Source: an uncultured bacterium
GTDB lineage: Bacteria > Fidelibacterota > Marinisomatia > Marinisomatales > TCS55
Length of the DNA: 40,260 nt
Reading direction: 5' to 3'
Assembly: GCA_964452665.1 (NCBI GenBank)
Contig: CAYVNB010000002.1
Span: 1 to 40,260, forward strand
The position numbers were made by a program, and so were the translations under genes. This document shows, one piece after another, positions 20,079-29,732 of the stretch (its first letter is position 1; the number at the start of each line of letters is the position of its first letter). The notes under the pieces are model-generated. The model was given only the letters and a program-made list of their open reading frames with translations. It made no database searches and had not been told where the DNA came from.

Positions 20079-20187
20079 AAATAGGCTCCTAACAGAAAGG
20101 AAGGTAGGTGTGAAAAGAAAACAGATGCAAGAACGGTACGGCTTGGGTAGATTCAATTCAAATTCACGAGAGATAAGAGGAATAATT

Positions 20188-21849
20188 ATGAATAAAAAAA
20201 TCATGTTGGCGATCATGTTGATCTGGGTTTTTGGGTGTGAACAAAAAACTATTTCAACTTCAGATTTGATTTCAGCGGAAAAAATTGCAGGCTTGGAATA
20301 TACAACTTCAGAACGTGACTCATTACTTTCACCAGGTGCAAGTTTAGTTTCCGCAAGTATAAGTGGGTTGGTTAAACAATACGAGTCTATCCGCGAATTA
20401 GGTATGGCCAATGACATCCCATTTCCATTATTCTATGATCCTTTGCCAAGTGGAGTAAAACCACCTTTTGGACGCGATAAATTTAATTTTAATTCAAAAA
20501 TAGTTTCTCGTCCAGAAAAAATAGAGCTTTGTGCATTCATGACTATTCCTGAATTGTCATATCTTTTACGTACACAACAGGTGACTTCCGAAGAATTAAC
20601 ACGGATGTATATTCAACGGTTAAAGAAATATGGCTCTGAGCTTGAATGCGTGGTTACTATTACAGAAGAATTAGCCATCGATCAGGCTCGAAAGGCTGAC
20701 ATGGAAATAGCGCGCGGGAAATATCGCGGCCTGCTCCATGGTATCCCCTGGGGAGCAAAAGATCTACTATCCGTGCCTGGTTATAAGACGACCTGGGGAG
20801 CCATGCCCTACAAAGATCAAATCTTGGATGAAAAAGGGACAGTTGTAAAAAAACTAGAAGCAGCAGGGGCTGTATTAGTGGCTAAATTAACTTTGGGGGC
20901 TTTGGCCTGGGGCGATGTATGGTATGGTGGAAAAACGAGGAATCCTTGGAATTTGGAACAAGGGGCCAGCGGTTCTTCGGCGGGGCCTGGCTCAGCGACT
21001 GCGGCAGGACTAGTAGGCTTTTCAATTGGTTCTGAAACTTTGGGTTCTATTGTTTCCCCATCGACTCGGAACGGTGTTACGGGTCACCGTCCATCTTTTG
21101 GCACGGTAAGTCGGGCTGGTGCAATGGCTTTGAGCTGGACCATGGATAAATTGGGACCGATGACACGATCTGTAGAAGGCGCTGCAATTGTCTTTGAAAC
21201 TATTCGCGGTGCAGACCATATAGACAGGACGGTAATTGATGTCCCATTTCAATATCCATCTAATAATCGGTTAAAAAATCTGCGTGTAGGTTATGTCGCC
21301 TCAGCCTTTGCTGATACTATAGTTTCAGATAATGATAAAAGAGCACTGGCAGTTCTTGATTCTCTGGAGTTTGATCTTATTCCTATAGAATTGCCAAATT
21401 TTCCATCTGGTGCTTTATCCTTTATTTTACAAGCGGAAGCCGCTGCCGCTTTTGACGCATTAACGCGGTCAAATCAGGATGACAAAATGGTGCGGCAAGT
21501 CAAAGCCGCGTGGCCACATGTATTACGTGAAGCTCGTTTTATCCCAGCAGTAGATTATATTAATGCCAATAGAGCGCGAACTATTTTAAATCAAAAAATG
21601 GCCGAATTAATGAGTCAAGTAGATGTGTATATAGTTCCCTCTTTTTATGGAGATAATTTGCTTCAGACTAACTTGACAGGTCATCCATGCGTTGTGGTAC
21701 CTAATGGCTTCAATAAAAAAGGGTCGCCCACCAGTATTAGTTTCATTGGAGGTTTATATGAGGATGGGAATGTTTTGGCAGTGGCCAATGCTTATCAAAC
21801 CGCTACCAGTTGGCATAAAAAATATCCGCCCAAGTATGAAAAACCATAA
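20188..21849 (+). CDS. Amidase-signature family amidase, lipoprotein
   Basis: The start is ATG 20188 (MNKKIMLAIMLIWVFGCEQ, lipobox) preceded by AAGAGG. AS motifs are present: GIPWGAKD, GASGSSAGPGSA, GSETLGSIVSPS. Confidence 0.85.
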   Translation: MNKKIMLAIMLIWVFGCEQKTISTSDLISAEKIAGLEYTTSERDSLLSPGASLVSASISGLVKQYESIRELGMANDIPFPLFYDPLPSGVKPPFGRDKFNFNSKIVSRPEKIELCAFMTIPELSYLLRTQQVTSEELTRMYIQRLKKYGSELECVVTITEELAIDQARKADMEIARGKYRGLLHGIPWGAKDLLSVPGYKTTWGAMPYKDQILDEKGTVVKKLEAAGAVLVAKLTLGALAWGDVWYGGKTRNPWNLEQGASGSSAGPGSATAAGLVGFSIGSETLGSIVSPSTRNGVTGHRPSFGTVSRAGAMALSWTMDKLGPMTRSVEGAAIVFETIRGADHIDRTVIDVPFQYPSNNRLKNLRVGYVASAFADTIVSDNDKRALAVLDSLEFDLIPIELPNFPSGALSFILQAEAAAAFDALTRSNQDDKMVRQVKAAWPHVLREARFIPAVDYINANRARTILNQKMAELMSQVDVYIVPSFYGDNLLQTNLTGHPCVVVPNGFNKKGSPTSISFIGGLYEDGNVLAVANAYQTATSWHKKYPPKYEKP

Positions 21850-22039
21850 ATCAAATTTAAAAATCAATGAATTAGATTTGTACCCTAATTTCATTTATGA
21901 TTAATTTCACCTATTCTTAATTGTGGACAAAATATAAATTTAACAATTTCCAAAAAAGAGGGTCAAATATTCATCGAAGTTGACTGAATGAGGAGACTTC
22001 TTTCGGGGGAAATCTTTTTAAAGGATTAAAGGAAAAATA

Positions 22040-24553
22040 ATGCGAAAATTTATTTTAATAACAATGATCATCATGACCGGAATCGGTTATGCTCAAAGAG
22101 GGGGTGGCCAGCGTGGCGGCATGCGCCAAATGGATCCAAATCAAGTACCAAAAATTGGTGTAGTATATGGTACGGTAGTGGATTCCGCATCGGGGACACC
22201 GATTTCTTATGCATCCGTTGCAATCATTAATCAGAGAAGTAGTACTATAATGACTGGGGGTATAACCAACGAAGATGGTGAATTTCGAGTAAAAGAAATC
22301 CCCTTGGGCCGTCATAAGGTTATTGTTGAATATATTGGTTATCGTAAACAGGAATTAGGCCCTTTTACATTCTTGCCATTTGGTGATAATAAAACAGAAT
22401 ATAACCTGGAAAGAATTTCCCTTGTTCAAACCACCCTTCAAATGGCAGGTGTTGATGTTGAAGGAGAGCGTCCTTTATTTGTCCAAACAGCCGAAAAACG
22501 AATTTTTAATGTTTCAAAAAATTCTCTTTCAACGGGCGGGAATGCAATTGATGCTCTAAGACAAGTTCCAGGGGTTGAAGTGGATCCGGATGATAATGTG
22601 AGCTTGAGGGGCAGCACAAATGTGAATCTCATGATTGATGGTAAACCATCCAGTATCGCAGGCGGAGATGTTAAATCTCTCCTTCAAAGTATTCCTTCTG
22701 CAAACATAGCAGATATTGAAGTAATGACAAATCCAGGCGCTAAGTACGATCCGGAAGGCATGGCAGGGATTATCAATATCGTCTTGAAAGAAAATAAATT
22801 TGCAGGGTTAAATGGGAATGTCAATACAGGTGGTGATTCTCAAGGCGGGACAAATCTTTCAGGGCAGGTGAACTACCGAACTACCCGTTATAATTCTTTC
22901 ATCAACTTAGGAATGAATAATCGAAAGAGGATTTCAGATGGCTCCAGTTTACGATGGATGGAATTCCCAAATTTTAGAAATGAAATAAACCAGATATCTA
23001 ATTCGAATTCAGGTGGGCCCAACCTTTTCATTAAATCAGGATTTGAATACTTTATTGATTCAAAACAGTCCCTTGCAGTTTCTGCCACCATTAGTAACGG
23101 TAATCGTGACAGTGACAATGATACTTTTACAACAGATTTTGGACCTGGAGATAAAAAATATATTCGGTATACAACAACGGGAAGTGATCGTAACGGGTAC
23201 GATATTAATCTCAATTATGACAAGAAGTATGAAGATCCTAAGCAAAAACTCACATCATATTTTAGATTTTCTGATGGTTTGAATGATGGTTTGAACGAAT
23301 ATTTTAATACTGATAATGGTGGTAAAGATTTCGTAAGTCTGAACAAAGCAAAAAATGGCCAAGATGGTACAAGTTCTGGCTATGATTTTAAACTGGATTA
23401 CATTCATCCATTTGAAAGCAAATCTAAGTTAGAAATTGGTTTAGCGAGTAAATCTACTGATCGAGGGGATAATCAGATAGCTGAAATATTTGATGAAACC
23501 ACAAATCAATATATATCTGATCGTTCTTTCAGTAATGAATTTCTATACAATGAAACTGTCCATGCTGCCTACCTGCAGTATTCAGGCAGTATAGGGTTTA
23601 TAGGATTAAATCTGGGCGGCAGGTATGAAACAGTTGATATGTTATCAGAACTCAAAACCACAAATGAGAAATTCAAAAATCCCTATTCAAGTTTTTATCC
23701 CAGCTTAAGTCTCTCCTTTGGTGCTCCCCAACTGGTTCAGATTCAAACCAGCTATTCAAAGCGGGTAAACCGCCCCCGCTCAAGAATGCTCAACCCATTT
23801 AGTTCCAGGCAAGATGAAAGAAACCTAAGAGTTGGCAATCCATTTCTTAAACCCGAATACACAGATTCCTATGAAATTAACTTTAGCAGATTTTCAAGAG
23901 GATTGTCCCTGTCACTGGGAGGATATTATCGCTATACAACAGATAAAATGAGCAGATTTAAAGAGGTGAGGGATGATGGTGTATCTATCGCAACTTATAA
24001 GAATATTGAAGAAGAAAAGACGAAGGGGATAGATTACTCCATTGTTGGGTCACTTGGACAAAAACTAAGGCTAATGTTTTCAGGAAGTATTTATTGGGAT
24101 GAAATTAACTCTGAATTATTTGGTTCTGATTATGACAAAACAGCTCAAGGGCAACGCTTGAGATTAACAACCATGTGGAATATTAATCCTACAACTGAAT
24201 TTATGTTTTTCATGTTTTACATGCCAGGTAGAGATATTGCAATTGGAAAAATGGATGCAATGAGTTTTTCATCCATGTCATTAAAAAAGAAATTTATGGA
24301 TGAAAAACTGAATCTTACTCTAAATGTAGGCGACCCCTTTGGTCTATCAGGCTTTAGATTTGAATCATGGGGTGACCTCGATGAAGACGGAATTCGGGAT
24401 TGGTATCAGGATTCAAATCGGAACTGGAATAGTCGCACATTAAGATTAACTCTTGAGTATCGTTTTGGCAAGATGGAAGACCGAAGTCGATTTAGCCGGC
24501 AGCGGAGAGGAGAAGGGGCTCAAATGGATGAAGGAGCCGGGGAAATATTTTAA
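22040..24553 (+). CDS. Outer-membrane beta-barrel protein with CarboxypepD_reg-like N-domain (TonB-dependent-receptor-like)
   Basis: It has a signal peptide, then a Gly/Arg-rich linker, then GVVYGTVVDSASGTPISYASVAI...GEFRVKEIPLGRHKVIVEYIGY (carboxypeptidase-regulatory fold). A plug-like region (GNAIDALRQVPGV) follows, then a long beta-strand-rich region ending in LTLEYRFGK. Confidence 0.8.
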   Translation: MRKFILITMIIMTGIGYAQRGGGQRGGMRQMDPNQVPKIGVVYGTVVDSASGTPISYASVAIINQRSSTIMTGGITNEDGEFRVKEIPLGRHKVIVEYIGYRKQELGPFTFLPFGDNKTEYNLERISLVQTTLQMAGVDVEGERPLFVQTAEKRIFNVSKNSLSTGGNAIDALRQVPGVEVDPDDNVSLRGSTNVNLMIDGKPSSIAGGDVKSLLQSIPSANIADIEVMTNPGAKYDPEGMAGIINIVLKENKFAGLNGNVNTGGDSQGGTNLSGQVNYRTTRYNSFINLGMNNRKRISDGSSLRWMEFPNFRNEINQISNSNSGGPNLFIKSGFEYFIDSKQSLAVSATISNGNRDSDNDTFTTDFGPGDKKYIRYTTTGSDRNGYDINLNYDKKYEDPKQKLTSYFRFSDGLNDGLNEYFNTDNGGKDFVSLNKAKNGQDGTSSGYDFKLDYIHPFESKSKLEIGLASKSTDRGDNQIAEIFDETTNQYISDRSFSNEFLYNETVHAAYLQYSGSIGFIGLNLGGRYETVDMLSELKTTNEKFKNPYSSFYPSLSLSFGAPQLVQIQTSYSKRVNRPRSRMLNPFSSRQDERNLRVGNPFLKPEYTDSYEINFSRFSRGLSLSLGGYYRYTTDKMSRFKEVRDDGVSIATYKNIEEEKTKGIDYSIVGSLGQKLRLMFSGSIYWDEINSELFGSDYDKTAQGQRLRLTTMWNINPTTEFMFFMFYMPGRDIAIGKMDAMSFSSMSLKKKFMDEKLNLTLNVGDPFGLSGFRFESWGDLDEDGIRDWYQDSNRNWNSRTLRLTLEYRFGKMEDRSRFSRQRRGEGAQMDEGAGEIF

Positions 24554-24564
24554 ATTTATTCTAA

Positions 24565-24600
24565 ATTTGTATCGGCGCGATTATTTGCGTCGATACAAAT
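24565..24600 (+). terminator. Long hairpin downstream of the OMP gene (possible terminator, no clean U-run)
   Basis: ATTTGTATCGGCGC-gattattt-GCGTCGATACAAAT forms a 14-bp stem with one G-T wobble. It starts 12 nt after the stop codon and is followed by AT-rich sequence rather than a pure T-run. Confidence 0.45.
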
Positions 24601-24639
24601 AATTTATTTATAAATTATAATAAAATTTAAGGAGCCCCT

Positions 24640-25689
24640 ATGAATCTAATGATTTATGGAGCCAATGGTTATACCGGTCGCTTGGTCGTGGATGAGGCGA
24701 TTAAACGAGGACTTAATCCAATCCTGGCTGGGAGATCAGAGTCCGTTACTACATTGGCGGAAGAAAAAGGACTTGAGTCCTATGTATTTGATTTGTCCAA
24801 TGTGGATGACATTGTAGAACATTTAAATAGCATTTCAGTCATGGCCAACTGTGCGGGTCCGTTTTCTAAAACGGCAAAGCCAATGATGGAAGCCTGTATC
24901 CAAACTCACACTCATTATGTAGATATTACCGGTGAAATCTCTGTTTATGAATTGGGCCATAGCCTGGATGCATCAGCCCGATCTGCCGGTATTGTGATAT
25001 GTCCCGGTGTTGGTTTTGATGTAATTCCTACCGACTGTCTCGCGGTGTACCTCAAAGATAAAATGCCTGACGCCACACATCTTGCCTTAGGCTTTGCTAT
25101 GAAGGGCTCTAAGCCTAGTAAAGGGACGGCCAAGACTGGTGCAGAAGGCATGTCTCTGGGCGGAAAGGTTCGGGTGAATGGTGAAATGAAAAAAGTGCCA
25201 TTAGCCTATAAAGAGCGGGAAATTGATTATGGATTTGGAGCCATCAATGTCATTACGATTCCATGGGGAGATGTGTATACAGCTTATCACAGCACGGGCA
25301 TTCCAAACATAGAAGTGTATTTCCCGCAGTCGCCCAAAGGTGCAGCTCAAATTCGGAAACGCCAAAAATATATGAAATTGATGAAGATTAACTGGGTCAA
25401 AAATCTCGTATTAAATCGAATTGATAAAACATGGAAATCCAATACGGCTAAACAGCGCGCTGAGGCAAAATCCTTTGTATGGGGAGAGGTAAAGAATAAA
25501 CATGGAAATATAATAACAGGTCGATTCACTACAGTAGACGGATATGACTTGACAGCTTCCGGGACAGTAGAAGCTGCCCAATTCCTATTGGGGAATCATA
25601 ATCGGTCTGGATATTTTACACCAAGCAAATTGATGGGGAAAGAATTGGTGGAAAGGATGCCAGGATTCTCCGGGATCGAATACGAATAA
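24640..25689 (+). CDS. Saccharopine dehydrogenase-like NAD(P)-binding oxidoreductase
   Basis: The N-terminal Rossmann motif is MIYGANGYTGRLV, with AAGGAG upstream. The size and layout resemble the saccharopine dehydrogenase / trans-acting enoyl reductase family. Confidence 0.7.
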   Translation: MNLMIYGANGYTGRLVVDEAIKRGLNPILAGRSESVTTLAEEKGLESYVFDLSNVDDIVEHLNSISVMANCAGPFSKTAKPMMEACIQTHTHYVDITGEISVYELGHSLDASARSAGIVICPGVGFDVIPTDCLAVYLKDKMPDATHLALGFAMKGSKPSKGTAKTGAEGMSLGGKVRVNGEMKKVPLAYKEREIDYGFGAINVITIPWGDVYTAYHSTGIPNIEVYFPQSPKGAAQIRKRQKYMKLMKINWVKNLVLNRIDKTWKSNTAKQRAEAKSFVWGEVKNKHGNIITGRFTTVDGYDLTASGTVEAAQFLLGNHNRSGYFTPSKLMGKELVERMPGFSGIEYE

Positions 25690-25696
25690 GATTAAT

Positions 25697-26764
25697 ATGA
25701 AAAATGCAATAAAAGGCATTTTGGGAATTATTGGTTTATTATTGGCCTATCTATTATTCTGGCCTGTGAATGCCGATCCGGCTATTTGGAGGCCAGAAAA
25801 GGGGCCAGAGATGATCGGTGAATTTGCGCCCAATGATTATTTGGCCGATGCTGAAATATTGGGATTGAATGATGGGATAGGGCCGGAAGATGTGGCTATA
25901 GATGAATCTGGTAATATGTATGCCGGATATGAAGACGGACGCATCATTAAGTATGATGTATATGGGAAAACCCAGGGCGTTTTTGTTGATACGGAAGGCC
26001 GTCCGTTGGGTTTGGCTTTCGATGCTAATAGTAATCTGATTATTGCGGATGCGAATAAGGGACTTCTTTCTGTAGATCCTGATGGAAACTTGACGGTGCT
26101 TACTACAGAAGCCCATGGTATCCCCTTTGCCTTTACGGATGATGTGGATATTGCCCCTGATGGCAAAATATATTTCTCCGATGCATCATCAAAATATGGT
26201 ATCCACGAATATCGTGCGGATCTTATGGAGCACAGGCCATGGGGACGATTGATCATGCATGATCCAAAATCAGGGTTAACTGGAACATTAATGGGTGGTT
26301 TGTATTTTGCCAATGGGGTGGCGGTGAGCCCTGAAGGTGATTTTGTTTTGGTTAATGAAACATCCACTTATCGCGTAAAGAAAGTTTGGATTAAAGGTGA
26401 AAAAGCAGGCCAATCAGAAACCATTATCGATAATCTTCCGGGATTCCCTGATGGCATTTCGTCGAATGGAAAAGGCCTTTACTGGATTGCAATGCCTGCT
26501 CTTCGGAAAGATATCATTGATAATCTGGCAGGGAAACCATTCCTTCGGAAAATGGTTCTGCGACTGCCAGAAGCAGCCCAACCAGCACCTGATCGACATG
26601 GATTTATTTTAGGCATTGATGGCGATGGGAATGTGGTTCATAACCTTCAGCATCCTGATCCGGATTCGTTTTCACCCATCACCAGCGTAGAGGAAAAAGA
26701 TGGGGTCTTGTATTTGGGGAGTCTAACCTACCATGGGTTTGCTCGAATTAGTGCTCCTGAATAA
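25697..26764 (+). CDS. Strictosidine synthase-like / SMP-30-gluconolactonase-like beta-propeller protein, N-terminally membrane anchored
   Basis: It has an N-terminal TM helix. Motifs GRPLGLAFD, FTDDVDIAPDGKIYFSDAS and ANGVAVSPEG are present. Confidence 0.75.
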   Translation: MKNAIKGILGIIGLLLAYLLFWPVNADPAIWRPEKGPEMIGEFAPNDYLADAEILGLNDGIGPEDVAIDESGNMYAGYEDGRIIKYDVYGKTQGVFVDTEGRPLGLAFDANSNLIIADANKGLLSVDPDGNLTVLTTEAHGIPFAFTDDVDIAPDGKIYFSDASSKYGIHEYRADLMEHRPWGRLIMHDPKSGLTGTLMGGLYFANGVAVSPEGDFVLVNETSTYRVKKVWIKGEKAGQSETIIDNLPGFPDGISSNGKGLYWIAMPALRKDIIDNLAGKPFLRKMVLRLPEAAQPAPDRHGFILGIDGDGNVVHNLQHPDPDSFSPITSVEEKDGVLYLGSLTYHGFARISAPE

Positions 26765-27803
26765 CGTGCAATGCAAATGTAGCTAAGGCTGGAATCATAT
26801 CACCAAAGGAGGCAAATCGCTTGTCCTGAGTCTGACCTTTGAGAAAGCGGATATAAATTTGGGCCACGATACCCACCAATCTGAATATCCCCAACACATG
26901 GTAAAATTGAATGGTAGATACATCACGGCCACTGGTTTCTGCATACCGGGCCACCAGTTCTTTTCTCGACAAAAATGATTCATGCACTGGCATCATGGCT
27001 GACTGCTTGAAAAAGGGCGGATCATTCGGTTCAACCCAATAGCACAATAAAGCACCCAGGTCAGAAAGGGGATCTCCCAATGTGCACATATCCCAATCAA
27101 AGATTGCTTTGATATTGCCCGGATTATTTGTCGCCAGCATTACATTATCCAATTTATAATCATTGTGGACCAGTTAAGGCTCACCTGATTGCGGCATATT
27201 ATCAATTAACCATTGATGTATTTCATCCATTTCTGAAAAATCATTATGTTTGGCCCTTTCCCATCGTTTATGCCAACCCGCCACCTGTCGTTCGATAAAT
27301 CCCTCCGGCTTTCCTAATTCACTCAACCCTAATGATTCGTAATTTACTGCATGAAGATGGGCTAGGGCATCCGCCATCGCCAAACTTATTTGACGTCCTG
27401 CATCAGGAATGTGGGAAAATTCAGTTGGTATTTTTGTTCGAACCACCACACCAGTATGGCGTTCCATAACAAAAAATGGTGCACCCACGATGGATGCGTC
27501 ATCAGAAAATAGAAAAGCTTTTGGTGCATGTGAAAATGACTGGTGAAGGACAGACAGAACGCGATATTCTCGCGCCATATCATGTGAACCAGGGGCAACG
27601 GGGCCCAGTGGCGGTCGCCTTAAAACATATTCATGAGAACCATAATCCAAATGGTAAGTGAGGTTGGCTTTGCCATCGGGGAATTGGCGAAGAATCAGGG
27701 ATTGGTCTGAACCGGGAAGTTTATTATTTAAAAATTGAGTCAGTCGATTTACGTCAAATTGTTCATCACTACGAACGGCAATCGTATCCGTGTTATGCCC
27801 CAT
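26748..27803 (-). pseudogene. APH/choline-kinase-fold phosphotransferase (ACAD10/11 N-domain-like, LvaA-like) interrupted by one in-frame TAA
   Basis: ORFs 27174-27803 and 26748-27152 are in the same frame. Reading through gives ..MPQSGEP-TAA(27176-27174)-LVHNDYKLDNVML..DWDMCTLGDPLSDLG. The catalytic HxDxxxxN and DWD motifs therefore continue intact immediately after the stop. Confidence 0.75.
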
Positions 27804-28965
27804 ATTTTTTCAGAATCCGCTTGGCTGCAGCCAGTTTATGCACTTCATCGGGGCCATCATAGATTCGGGAGCCTCGCTCGTGGCGATACCAGAAAGAGAG
27901 TGGAATATCATCAGTAATTCCTAAAGCACCATGTACTTGGATGGCACGGTCTAATACATTCATGAGGACCTTGGCCAGATGGAATTTGATTATGGATATT
28001 TCAGTTCTTGCTGCCGGTGCCCCTTTTTTATCAATCTTTTTGGCACAAGCCAGAACCAGCATGCGAGAGGAATCGATTTCAGCACGAGACTCGGCAATCC
28101 AGCTTCGGATGGCCGGTTGATCTGCCAAAGTTGCGCCAGGATTTACCTCCCGATCAACAGCCCGTTGGCACATGAGGTCAAAAGCCCGTTCGCAGATACC
28201 AATCCACCGCATGCAGTGGTGGATACGTCCCGGGCCTAGGCGTTCTTGGGCGAGACGAAAACCATCGCCGGGGTTTTGAATAATGTTTTCTTTGGACACG
28301 CGCACATCAGTGTATTGTACTTCCCCATGGCTAAAGAACCCCTGTCCTTCTTCTCCCATAATGGGGATGTTTCGTACAATTTCAAATCCGGGTGTATTTG
28401 TGGGTACGATGATCATGCTGGCGCGCTTATATCGGCTTTCCACTTCTGGGTTCGTCACTGCCATAACAATACAGAATGATGCCCCATCCACACAGGAAGT
28501 AAACCACTTGCGGCCATTAATCACCCATTCATCCCCATCCAAAACGGCAGTAGTGTCCAACCAAGTGGGGTTGGAGCCGGGGCGGTCCGGTTCTACCATA
28601 CCGATACAACTCCGGATCTCTCCTGCCATGAGGGGTTTTAGGTAATTTTCTTTCTGGGTATCACTTCCAAATATGGTGAGCAGTTCAATATTACCGATAT
28701 CGGGCGCTTGGCAGTTAAAGGTATAGTGTCCCAGAGGTGAAGCGCCTAAAATTTCACTGACCGCAGCAAATTCCAAAAAATGCATTCCCATGCCGCCGTG
28801 TTCTTTTGGGAGGTATGGCGCCCAAAGGCCCATTTCTTTTACTTGGGTGCGGAGTGCACTGATTTTTGATTCAAGTTCATCATATTGATGGTTCAAAAGA
28901 AGGGATTCCAAGGGAATCAATTCATCTTGAACAAATGTGCGATATTGGTCTAAATAGTCTTTCAT
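27793..28965 (-). CDS. Acyl-CoA dehydrogenase family protein
   Basis: It has the ACAD layout, with EHGGMGM, MVEPDRPGSNP and a C-terminal helical domain ending in ..IYDGPDEVH. There is an 11-nt overlap with the phosphotransferase gene. Confidence 0.88.
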   Translation of the reverse strand: MKDYLDQYRTFVQDELIPLESLLLNHQYDELESKISALRTQVKEMGLWAPYLPKEHGGMGMHFLEFAAVSEILGASPLGHYTFNCQAPDIGNIELLTIFGSDTQKENYLKPLMAGEIRSCIGMVEPDRPGSNPTWLDTTAVLDGDEWVINGRKWFTSCVDGASFCIVMAVTNPEVESRYKRASMIIVPTNTPGFEIVRNIPIMGEEGQGFFSHGEVQYTDVRVSKENIIQNPGDGFRLAQERLGPGRIHHCMRWIGICERAFDLMCQRAVDREVNPGATLADQPAIRSWIAESRAEIDSSRMLVLACAKKIDKKGAPAARTEISIIKFHLAKVLMNVLDRAIQVHGALGITDDIPLSFWYRHERGSRIYDGPDEVHKLAAAKRILKKYGA

Positions 28966-28973
28966 GAATTTCC

Positions 28974-29732
28974 TTAAATCGTTTGGCCGCCATCCACGGT
29001 GAATGTTTCACCAGTGGCGAAGGATGATGCATCGGATGCAAGATAGAGGGCAATGCCGGCGATTTCTTGAGGATCGGCCATCCGTTTTTGGGGAATCCGT
29101 TTTATCATGGAAGCATTGGCCTTTTCATCCATCCACAGGGCAGCACTGAATTTGGTTTTGATAAATCCAGGGGCAATGGCATTCACTTGGATATTGCTTT
29201 TTGCCAGCTCTTGCCCTAATATTTTTGTCAGCATCATTACGGCACTTTTGCTGATACAGTAAATGCCCATCCCTGGGAAAGCATGCTTCCCAGCTATGGA
29301 AGCGATATTGATAATTTTTCCGCCGCCCCGTTCAGTCATGGATGGTACACAGGCCTTGGCCACTTTGTAATAGCCCTTCACATTTACGTCCCAGATTTTA
29401 TCCCAATGGCTATCCTCTGAAGTAAAAATGGGGCCATAGTGGGGGTTGGTAGCGGCATTATTTACTACAATATCAATACCTCCAAATTGTTGGATGCTTT
29501 GTTTGACCATGGATTGTATAGAGTCATTTTTCCCGGCGTGGACAGATATGGGGAGTACATTTCCCCCATCTCTGCTCAACGTGTCCGCCGCTTTATCTAA
29601 GTCTTTTTGGGTACGACTTGCGATGATTACATTTGCACCACTTTCTACAAACTTTTCGGCAATAGCATAACCAATACCACGAGAACCACCGGTAATGAGG
29701 GCCATCTTACCCTTTATATCAAAAGAAGTCAT
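28974..29732 (-). CDS. SDR family oxidoreductase
   Basis: It has the cofactor motif [16 protein letters not shown], and the catalytic Y-C-I-S-K (YxxxK). It lies 8 nt upstream of the ACAD gene. Confidence 0.9.
   Translation of the reverse strand: MTSFDIKGKMALITGGSRGIGYAIAEKFVESGANVIIASRTQKDLDKAADTLSRDGGNVLPISVHAGKNDSIQSMVKQSIQQFGGIDIVVNNAATNPHYGPIFTSEDSHWDKIWDVNVKGYYKVAKACVPSMTERGGGKIINIASIAGKHAFPGMGIYCISKSAVMMLTKILGQELAKSNIQVNAIAPGFIKTKFSAALWMDEKANASMIKRIPQKRMADPQEIAGIALYLASDASSFATGETFTVDGGQTI

Noticed and set aside
20023-20187. Upstream extension of the amidase ORF (MTELIATRSV...).
   Set aside because: It overlaps the M20 gene on the opposite strand. ATG 20188 gives a proper lipoprotein signal peptide and has an AAGAGG RBS.
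20079-20417. A 113-codon N-terminal extension of the M20 peptidase ORF (the track gives 18948-20417, 489 aa), which overlaps the start of the divergent amidase gene.
   Set aside because: The extension is hydrophobic, low-complexity sequence antisense to the amidase 5' end. TTG 20078 with an AGGAG RBS gives the canonical M20 N-terminus (..ELIHILTDLVAINSV) and a typical length of 376 aa.
21850-22039. A possible riboswitch or regulatory RNA in the 190-nt leader of the TonB-receptor-like OMP gene, including an imperfect hairpin AGAcTTC-tttcgggg-GAAaTCT.
   Set aside because: No conserved riboswitch core motifs (for example a B12 box or TPP motif) are visible. The hairpin is short, contains a mismatch and is AT-rich, so the evidence is insufficient.
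25837-26367. A 176-aa ORF antisense to the strictosidine-synthase-like gene. Similar long antisense ORFs occur at 12065-12478, 3687-4067, 16302-16655, 28283-28645, 38709-39113 and 29-424.
   Set aside because: All lie fully inside, and antisense to, genes with strong family motifs. Their products are low-complexity or Ser/Pro-rich, and they have no RBS. These are typical shadow ORFs.
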